Under the pieces are notes generated by a model. That model worked only from the letters and a program-made list of their open reading frames with translations, was not told the DNA's origin and made no database searches. 64,000 bases of DNA from NCBI GenBank assembly GCA_964016885.1, contig OZ024741.1, forward strand, positions 30,876,001 to 30,940,000, given 5' to 3'. Positions 54,894 to 64,000 of this stretch are shown here, one piece after another; position 1 is the first letter of the stretch; each line of letters opens with the position of its first letter. The position numbers and the translations under genes were made by a program. This DNA is from Eledone cirrhosa (lineage: Eukaryota).

Positions 54894-57800
54894 TCCCCTG
54901 TTAACTTGAGAGAGAAAGGGAAGGTGGCGGTATCACTAGAGAAGAAAGAGGCTAGCAAAAGATATATATAGATTGACTTGGTGACCTTGCCACCGGCCAA
55001 ACGTCTACATCAACAATTATGGGACTGCTGGCTCACCCCTTCCTCACCAACAATATAAAAAGCCCCGGCACCACCACCGACATAGCCAACAACAATAACA
55101 GCCAACTACAACAAAAAGTATATTATATTATTGTAATGCACTGGGTGATTGCTGGCCTTGTGCCTGGAGTGGAGACAATTATTAATAATTTCATTCTTAA
55201 GCCACGCAATGCTCACATTGAGGAACCACTCGTGATAATAACAATTTAAAAAAAAACAACAACAAAAAGAAAACCCCGTGACCAAGAAATACCGGGATGG
55301 CGGCCGGCGGGGAATAGCCATGTCTCTAGGGGAGAACGGCCCCTCTAGTCTTGGTTGACACTCGTTCTAGAAGTGGTAACACGAAATGATTACCCCTTGG
55401 CGGATAAGGATAAAACGCGACAAAATAAAGTAAATGTCTAATGATAAAATCTCATACCGGATCGGCCGTCACCCGGGTAAAAAAGGGCCGCGTCCCTCAG
55501 AGAGGAACCAGACTGGGGTCGAAAAATCAGCTAATGGTTCAAACCTTCCCATCACTTCGGAGCTGGAGACCTCCCATAACCAGAATACTCCTACTGTTGG
55601 CCCTCCATGCTCACCACCAAGAAATCCCAAGAAAAAGAGAGAAAAATGGTCAAGGGAAGATAATAAAGAAGTCCTTGAGGCTTTCTACACTGCCATGTAC
55701 TACCCATCAAATACATCGAATACAGAACAAACATATATCAACTGGAAAAAGAAACATCCCGAAAACAGAGGCTATATTGACAGTAACAAACTAGCCAATA
55801 TACGAAGAAATATTGTAAGAAAAAAGTTACTAACTGATATAGAAATTGATCAGATCAAGCTATTAGCACAAAGTCAGCGAAGGGAAAATGAAGCATGTGT
55901 CAGTGAAAACGAGGTAAACTGTAACACTTCGAATCCCAGGGTTGGGGCGGAATCACTGGCAACAGAACAAATTAAAGAAAGGAGCGAAAAAGTGGAGGGA
56001 GTGCATGCTCAAGATGAAACTCCAAATGAAAATAATGAGATCGTAAATGATAAAGAAATGAATGAGAATGAACTTGCCAACTTGAAGGATGAAATTATGA
56101 TCGAATGGATGAAAATGAAAGAATCTGACATGGGGCAACGAGACACCCTCCCTAAGATCCAGAACTCCAAACAGAACAAAAAGATAATACACAAGACTAA
56201 CATAATTCTCAAAAACATTATCATCACAAACAAACTAAACATTACTGACTTAAATCATCTCTATTATGCATCGGCTAAAGTCACTACTCACTTATGTGGA
56301 GTGAAGATGAAAAAACAAAGGAATTCCCACAAGAAATCTACTTGGCAAGATAACATCAATCGCCAAATAAACCTTCTCCGATCTGACAGAAATTTTAACA
56401 AACTATAAAGTAGGTGAACATATTAAACAAACTAAACTTAGAAAATTGAAAAAAAAGTACAGTATAAAATCAACATGTGACATAGACATGCTGATAGAAA
56501 CAATCAAGCAAAAAGTGTCGGCCAAAGCTGCTCGTATAATGCGCTTTGAAAAACGATCTAGATTCTATAAGGACAATAATATGTTCAAAAACAACCAAAG
56601 AAACTTCTACAGAAAAATTGGTAAGTCAACAATAACTGCTAAATCAATACCACCCAAGGAGGAAGTGCAAGAATTCTGGGAAAAGATCTGGGCCGAAGAA
56701 AAAGTTCATAACATGGATAGACAGACAAATGAAAGATACAGCTCACCTTGAAGAACAAACATGGGAATATATAACAGTTGAACAGTTGCGCTTGGCTCTA
56801 AGAAAAACCAGCAAATGGAAATCCCCAGAAAAAGACAAAATACAAAACCTTTGGATAAATGCCTTCACAGAGTCTCATGAGCTGTTAGCCCAACTTTACA
56901 ATGAAATAGTTAAGGAGCCAGAAAAGATACCATCATGGCTAGTTAACGGCATTACATTCCTGCTACCGAAGAATGATGAGACAAACAATCCCAAAAATTA
57001 CAGACCGATAACCTGCTTGACCACAATGTATAACATTTTAACATCAGTCCTAACTGAATACACATATGACCACCTGATAACAAATGACCTATTTCCCATT
57101 GAGCAGAAAGGGTGTAAACGAGGCTCATATGGCTGTAAGGATCAGCTTCTGGTTAACAAAAATGATACTGGAAGATTGTCATAATAGACACAAAAATCTA
57201 TCGATTGCTTGGATAGATTATATAAAAGCATTCGATAGTTTGCCACACAGTTGGATTGAAACATGTTTAGAGATTTTCAAAATATCCCCCGTTGTCAGGA
57301 GGTTTTTGTCATTCAGTATGAAGACATGGAGAACGACACTCCTTTTGAATAGTGAAACAAAATCACTGGAAGCTGGAGAAGTTAATATTAATTGTGGAAT
57401 TTTTCAGGGTGACTCTTTATCACCGCTTTTATTCTGCATCGCGCTTATACCATTAAGTAAAATGCTCAATGAAACAAAACATGGATATAGAGTCTATGAC
57501 AAAACCATTAATCACCTGTTCTACATGGATGACCTGAAACTATTTGCAAAAAATGATGAACAATTGCAAGGGCTATTATCCACTGTGAAGCAGTTCAGTG
57601 ATGACATTAAAATGGAGTTTGGACTGGATAAATGCGCCAAAGCAACGTTCACCAGAGGAAAGCTGCTGAAGAGTTCAGACATTAAACTTGATCGGGGGAA
57701 CGTGATAAGAGAGCTTGATCAAGAAAAAACTTACAAATATCTAGGTGTTTGTGAAGGAGACGGAATCAAGCACTCGACAATGAGGGAAAGGATAAGGAAG

Positions 57801-59212
57801 GAATGTTACCGCAGAGTCAGAGCAATCTTAAGAACGGAATTGAATGCAAGGAATAGGATCGATGCCATAAACACGCTTGCCATACCAGTAGTAACCTACA
57901 GTTACAATGTCATCAACTGGTCAAGCACAGAAATCCGTAGGCTCGATACAAAAATCCGAAAATTCTTAACCATGCACAGAATGCATCACCCTAAGGCAGA
58001 CATAGATAGAATATATCTCCCTAGGAAAGAAGGAGGACGTGGGTTAATCCAGTTAGACATTGCGTTGAAAACTGCAACAATTGGATTATCCACATATCTC
58101 AGGGAATCACATGATTGGATGATCAAACTCGTCTTGAAACATGAAAGCACCAAAAGATCATATTCCATTACAAAAGATGCACAAAGATACAGTAATGGAC
58201 TACAAATTTCAGAAGTCCCATTTACTGCTGAAATGGAAAACACAGAAAAAGCAAAGCAGGTAAAAGTAACTGCAAAGAAAGAACTGCTACAGCAACTGGC
58301 TAAGAAATGGCAAGAAAAGCCTCTGTATGGAAAATACCCAGAGCGAGCTAACAATCCTGATGTTGACAAAACTTTAACCCATCAGTGGTTGGCATCCTCT
58401 GGACTGAAATCGGAGACTGAAGGACTGATTATATCGGCACAAGATCAGTGTCTGCCAACAAAAAATTACCAAGCCAACATAATAAAAAATGGGTGCAGCC
58501 CATTATGCCGTGTATGCAAAAAACAACCAGAGACCATTGACCATATAATTTCAATGTGCAGTCCTATAGCTCCAACCGAATACCTAAACAGGCATGACAG
58601 AGCTGCACAATACATACATTGGATAATGTGTAAGCATTTTGACCTGCCCCATCAAAAGAATTGGTGGGAGCATCAACCACCTCCCATACTTGAAAAAGAT
58701 CACATCTCAATCTTGTGGAACTTTAGCATCCAAACAGACCGAAAAATAGATGCAAATAGACCTGATATAATATTGAAGGACTTTCAAAGGAGGGTATGCC
58801 TGCTAATTGATATGCCTGTTCCAATAGACAAGAATGTATCTATAAAAACATTTGAAAAATTGAGCAAGTATAAGGACCTGGAGATAGAAATTGGAAAAAT
58901 GTGGAAATTGAGAACTAAAACAATACCAGTGGTTGTAGGCGCTCTGGGAATGATACCTAAGGGGTCTAACGACTACTTATCGCAAATCCCAGGAAGCCCG
59001 CGTATAGGAGAAATACAAAAGATAGTACTAATGGGAACTGCCCATATACTAAGGAAGATCCTGTCAATATAAGTACATCACAAGTCTAAACAATAAGGAT
59101 GCATGTGTGAATATGTATGTTCTTTCTTGAACATGGCGGATCTTGTTGTCTCTTGAGGTCACTGGTTGTGACTTGGTGATAACTCGTATGAACATAAAGC
59201 AAGATAAATGCA
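54894..59212 (+). mobile_element. R4/Dong family B copy 3, near full length (5' boundary uncertain)
   Basis: ORF 55434-59072 with frameshifts near 56390, 56710 and 57160. KWSREDN, WKSPEKD, NYRPITCL, EQKGC, GIFQGDSLSP, YMDDLK, CCHC, RHD and RPD. Ends in aaatgca-(AAT)n. Confidence 0.92.
55133..55178 (+). repeat. 3'-tail fragment of the tRNA-SINE family
   Basis: gtaatgcactgggtgattgctggccttgtgcctggagtggagaca matches the SINE tail gtaatgcactggttaattgctggccttgtgcctaaagtagaaaca. Confidence 0.7.
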
Positions 59213-60005
59213 AATAATAATAATAATAATAATATCATCATCATCATCAACAACAACAACAATAACAACTGCAACAACAGCGACAATAATAATAGAATAT
59301 TAATAATAAGAAGGACAATAACAACAGCTCTAATAACAATAACAATAACTGCAACAACTACACCAACACCAGTGATAATAAAGTTCATATTTTTGTTCAC
59401 ATTATCATCAATATTATTACGGTTTGCGTTTACTTTTATTAGAATGGTGGTGGTTGATAGTATATCCTTATCTAGTGTGTTATGGGGCGACGTTGGATTA
59501 AATTTAGCATTTTAAACCCAAACGATATCGATTTTTCCCTTTTTTTTGCTCCTGGTTTTATAAAAGGTACCGCTAATCAATGAGTATAAATTTGAAAGAG
59601 CTAGCGTTTGGTATGCCATTTTTCGTTAAGATTATTCAGAAATATTGTTTCCAGGGTGCTGATAACGTCACCAAGTATTAATATCGAGATAGTGATCATA
59701 AACATTTGGTATTGATAGTATATTATATAATAACCAGGAAAGAAGGGAAGGACAATTTTCTCAAACTAGATTCCATTTAACCACAAACTCTAAAATGCCA
59801 AGAACATTTTAAACAACTCATCAGATGCAGAGCGAGAAACATTGACGCTGCACAAGTAACTTATTTCCCCTAACTTCCCACATTCATGTGTAGATTTACA
59901 AACAAATAAAGGTATTGTTTTTAAGGTTTACCTCTCTCAAATTATCCACATGAATATAAATTTATCTATCCGATGGCAATAGAACTTACACAAGTATGAA
60001 ATTAT

Positions 60006-61220
60006 ACAGGCTTGTTGTTCAGTTCTTTGAGTACATGAATTTTAATAGCTCTAACTTTTTGTTGACTTCATTTAATCACGAGTTTCTTTCAGATAAATGA
60101 TTGCGGATGTCAGGCTAACTTAGAAGATGAAAATCGTGCTATTTAAATACAGATCACAGGGATTTAGAGATTGTTAGCTTCCTGAAATGTATATGGTCGT
60201 TTGTTGTGAAAGTTCTCAAAGATATAGAAAACGCTAACGGGAATTCTACAGTAGTAGCCAAATGTAAAATACCTGATAATTGTTCTAATGACAAGAGAAC
60301 ACCACAAATTGTACGTAAGGCGCAGACAATTATCAATAAGAATCTCAGAAATCCAAGTAGTACCATGGCTAAGGAGTTCAAGATTACAAGATATACTATG
60401 GGAACAGATGTGCATGAGGACCTCCGATACAAGTTATATGTTACGCGGAAAGTCCAATTGCTATCTGAAAAGACAGAAGATAACTGCCCGAGTCGCGCAA
60501 AACGCTTCTTGAGCAAGATGAGACATCAAGAGCCTGGAATGCTTTGGTTTTCTGATGAGAAAAACTTTGACCAGGACTTAAATTTCAACTGAATACATGT
60601 CAGATGGTAATGTACACAAACATCATGAACACAAAGTTTGCAGCAACTGTGATGGTTCTAGGAGTCATGAGCAACAGGTGAGATGTCATGCCTCCCCACA
60701 CATTTCATCAGGACATAAGAGTCAATACTACTGACTATAAGAAGGTGTCATTGTGAAACCTTGGATATAGAGTGTGAACAAATGGAAGACCGTAACCCTT
60801 CTAACAAAACTAAGCACCACCAGCTAATGCTAAGACGACCCACGAATGGATGTGTTACAATCTCCATGATCACGTCTCCCCAAACATGGGCTTCTAGCTC
60901 TCCACATCTGAATTCCATTGACTCTTAACTATGAGGTGTAGTTGAGAGTCAATCCAGTCAACGATCCCATATTACTATAACATCTCTGAAGTCCGCCATA
61001 ACTAATGCAATGTCCAAAATAATGATCATTTGATTCGAGCATGTCAACTTTTCAGATCTCGTAAACGAAGCAGACGTGAATTCATTGAATAGATGTGTCA
61101 AGAAGGATCTCAAGACGATAATTCATGCCAATTTTATTTATCAAATAAAGCTCTCTGCCGTGACATGCGTTATATATTAAATCCATGCAAATGTCCACAA
61201 ATAATTAGATGACCTTGAAA
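60006..61220 (+). mobile_element. Decayed Tc1/mariner-superfamily DNA transposon, DD37D (maT)-like
   Basis: WFSDEKNF, VMVLGV..DVMPPH, a decayed F.Q(D).AP and W.SSSPHLN.(L)D. About 110 nt separate the second and third catalytic positions (about 37 codons). TIRs are only vestigial, so the ends are approximate. Confidence 0.7.
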
Positions 61221-61350
61221 TTTATGCCTTGCTCATACATTGCGTTATTAGGTTATTTGTATATAATATATGAACAGTTCACACATATTTACATTTAATT
61301 GATGTCCATGGTATATTCATGTTGTAATGAGTTACACTGACAAAGATAGG

Positions 61351-61418
<68 letters not shown>

Positions 61419-61614
61419 AATATAAATTAGCGAGAATCGTATTCCGGCTTTTAGTTCGAGTGCTAATTTAAGGAATGACCGTTACCGACCCCACGTGGGG
61501 TTCGGCAAGGGAGGCAACCCTTATTTTAGGCGGATGAATTCAGTATGTGTATATTATTGCAAGAATGCAAAACATCACAAAACGAATTAAGCTCTCATAT
61601 ATATATATATATAT

Positions 61615-62351
61615 ATATGAATAAAGTTAGTCCTTCATCAGTGATCTTCCAACCATCATTGGTATTTCATCGCTTTAAAGACCATATACCTCCGGTTGGT
61701 GCGAGCAACGGCTAAAAAAGTCGTTGGGACACGTAAATAAAGGGGACAAGAGTGTAAACAACAAACATGGTGAGCAACGAAAAGTGAGGAAGAAGAAGTC
61801 AAGTCCCAAATTTCTATGAATTTATATTCGATGAAATCGTGAACGAGAGAGAATAAAGACCATCAAACCTGGTTGGAAAGTAAGCAAGGAAGGAATTCCG
61901 TACAGGTCTAACGGGAGGAAGAAGGAATCTAGTCTGTGATTTCGGTGAACGTGAGTTCTGTGAAATCGTAGACGAGAGAGAGAAAAAGAACGACCTGCTA
62001 GACCAAGAGTGCGAAAGAAAAGAATTACGCACAGGTCAAACAGGAAGAAGGAGGAGGAGGAGGGGTAGTAACAGAGAATGAGTGAGTGAAGGGTGAGGAA
62101 GAGGCTAACAGAGAGAATGACTGCTAGAGAGGGTAAAGATACAGAGAAAGAGGAAGCGGTAAGAACGAAATAGACGTGTATCATTCTCCTTTATTTACGT
62201 GTCCCCTTTATTTACATGTCCCCTTTATTTACGTGTCCCAACGACTTTGTTTAGCCGTTGCTCGCACCAACCGGAGGTATATGGTCTTTAAAGCGATGAA
62301 ATACCAATGATGGTCGGAAGATGACTGATGAAGGACTAACTTTATTCATAT
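61615..62351. mobile_element. Non-coding element with ~135-bp inverted terminal arms containing a half hammerhead core
   Basis: 61615-61748 is the reverse complement of 62217-62351. CTGATGAaggac at 62325 is cut off before any GAAA. The spacer is purine-rich. Confidence 0.8.
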
Positions 62352-62383
62352 GTAACCCATTAGCAACGCCGCAGCACGTTTAT

Positions 62384-62418
<35 letters not shown>

Positions 62419-62427
<9 letters not shown>

Positions 62428-63243
62428 GGAAATTAGTAAAATCGAATCTCTGGCGGTTTGCAAGTAAATTCGGCCTACTTATATGAAATGATGAGTTAGC
62501 AAAGCGCTCGATAAGATAGGTCTCAGAGTTATAACAAACGTTTAAATAGCTTGACAAATCGAACATTGTGGTAGGCGAAACTAACACAATATATACCAAA
62601 GGAACGATAGAACTAATCAGGTTGAGAAAAATACACCTGGACAAATCAAACGGGCATACGTTTAAAGTTTTTCTCTGAATCCGAAATCAAATATCAGACT
62701 TACTTGAATGGCAAGATCGTGGTATTGGTGACTGTACAGAGGACTCAGTTGATCAACAGGTTTTCGTTCTGCTTAGAACAAGGAGTGATAAAATATGTTG
62801 CCGCTCGTATGGCTGCTAATCGTGTATATAGTTATCGCGTGTTAATTCCGGCAAGAGAAATAACCCCCGGTTTTTGTCGGGTCAATTCAAATGCTAGCGA
62901 ATGGAAATATTTTAATTTCCACTAATCATCATCATAAGCTCTCGACTAGATGTTATAAAACTAACACAAATAATTAACCAATCAACAGAATTTTCCAATT
63001 AAATTAATTGATTAATTATTAAATCTAGGAGATTAATATAATTGGAAATCAGTAAAATCGAATCTCTGGCGGTTTGCAAGTAAATTCGGCCTACTTATAT
63101 GAAATGATGAGTTAGCAAAGCACTCGATGAGATAGGTCTCAGAGTTATAACATACGTTTAAATAGCTTGACAAATCGAACATTGTGGTAGGCGAAACTAA
63201 TACACAATATATACCAAAGGAACGATAGAACTAATCAGGTTGA
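62419..63243. repeat. Non-coding element with ~205-bp direct terminal repeats
   Basis: tataattggaaat.agtaaaatcgaatctctggcgg...aactaatcaggttga at about 62419-62625 and 63037-63243, period about 617. (TA)n on both sides. Confidence 0.85.
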
Positions 63244-63247
63244 TATA

Positions 63248-63360
<113 letters not shown>

Positions 63361-63673
63361 GTATATTTGTCAGTATACGTATGTATAATTAAAAAGACTT
63401 AGAAGACCATACGCTATCGGTTTAAAAATAGTGACTATGTCACTTACTTCTTTTCGGCGAAAGAAAGGAGAGAAGCTAACAGTCTGTCTCACGCTGTTTG
63501 GCGATCATCAGAGCGACACACCCCTGCTTCCGCAGACAATTATAGAAGCTGGATTATTATAGAATTCCAGTAATAATCAGGAGCTGATTATACAGAGTAA
63601 CTGCCGGTCCAGCAAAAATTAGGTATTAGGATTGGTGCTCTGAAATAGCGATGTATACATGAATGTATGTATG

Positions 63674-63710
<37 letters not shown>

Positions 63711-63756
63711 AGTAATAATATTTTCGAAACAGCGAACGGGTTTGAAATTATTATAA

Positions 63757-63933
63757 ATGTAAGCTATCGCCGTATTTTGACTAAAGAGATTAAAGAAATT
63801 ATTTAGGAAAAAGATGAGTATTGACGTACATGTACGTCAATACTCATCTTTTTCCATTTCTCCGTGGGTTCTTAACCCCACTATCAGGCTAAATAAGTTC
63901 TGTAATTTCTTTAGTCAAAATACGGCGATAGCT

Positions 63934-63938
<5 letters not shown>
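63757..63938. repeat. Foldback repeat with a 50-bp perfect palindrome
   Basis: 63806-63855 is a spacer-less palindrome. The outer arms atgtaagctatcgccgtattttgactaaaga are inverted. Homologous to 16582-16722. Confidence 0.85.

Positions 63939-64000
<62 letters not shown>

Noticed and set aside
55293-55410. HDV-like ribozyme at the Dong B 5' end (ggccggc start)
   Set aside because: I could not find the complementary P1 strand or the P3/L3 pattern by eye.
36359-58369. Recurrent antisense ORFs over Dong and Tx1 coding regions
   Set aside because: Shadow frames that repeat only because the elements are repeated. No recognisable motifs.

Overview
Eukaryotic (animal) intergenic or intronic DNA that is very AT- and microsatellite-rich. 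The SINE and the repeat landscape suggest a mollusc or cephalopod, but that is inference only. No host gene is supported, and nearly all long ORFs come from transposons or are microsatellite artefacts. The window splits into two retroelement zones. (1) At 1-34 kb and 61-64 kb, (TA)n tracts are packed with Penelope-like elements (PLEs): three decayed Naiad-type RT/GIY-YIG copies, one PLE of another type, and many short non-coding terminal-repeat derivatives that are tandem or folded back. At least 9 of these carry type I hammerhead ribozyme folds with a 50-100 nt stem II, a mostly palindromic stem III loop, stem I covariation in one family, and one U3-A8 core variant. (2) At 36.4-59.2 kb, a 23-kb array interleaved with (TAA)n tracts holds six same-orientation R4/Dong-clade RLE retrotransposons from two families, plus a full-length L1/Tx1-type element in the opposite orientation. 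Also present are a CR1-group LINE fragment, four tRNA-derived SINEs (two with exact 18- and 20-bp TSDs), two non-autonomous Helitron-like elements and a decayed DD37D-like Tc1/mariner transposase. All coordinates and folds were read by eye and need computational confirmation.
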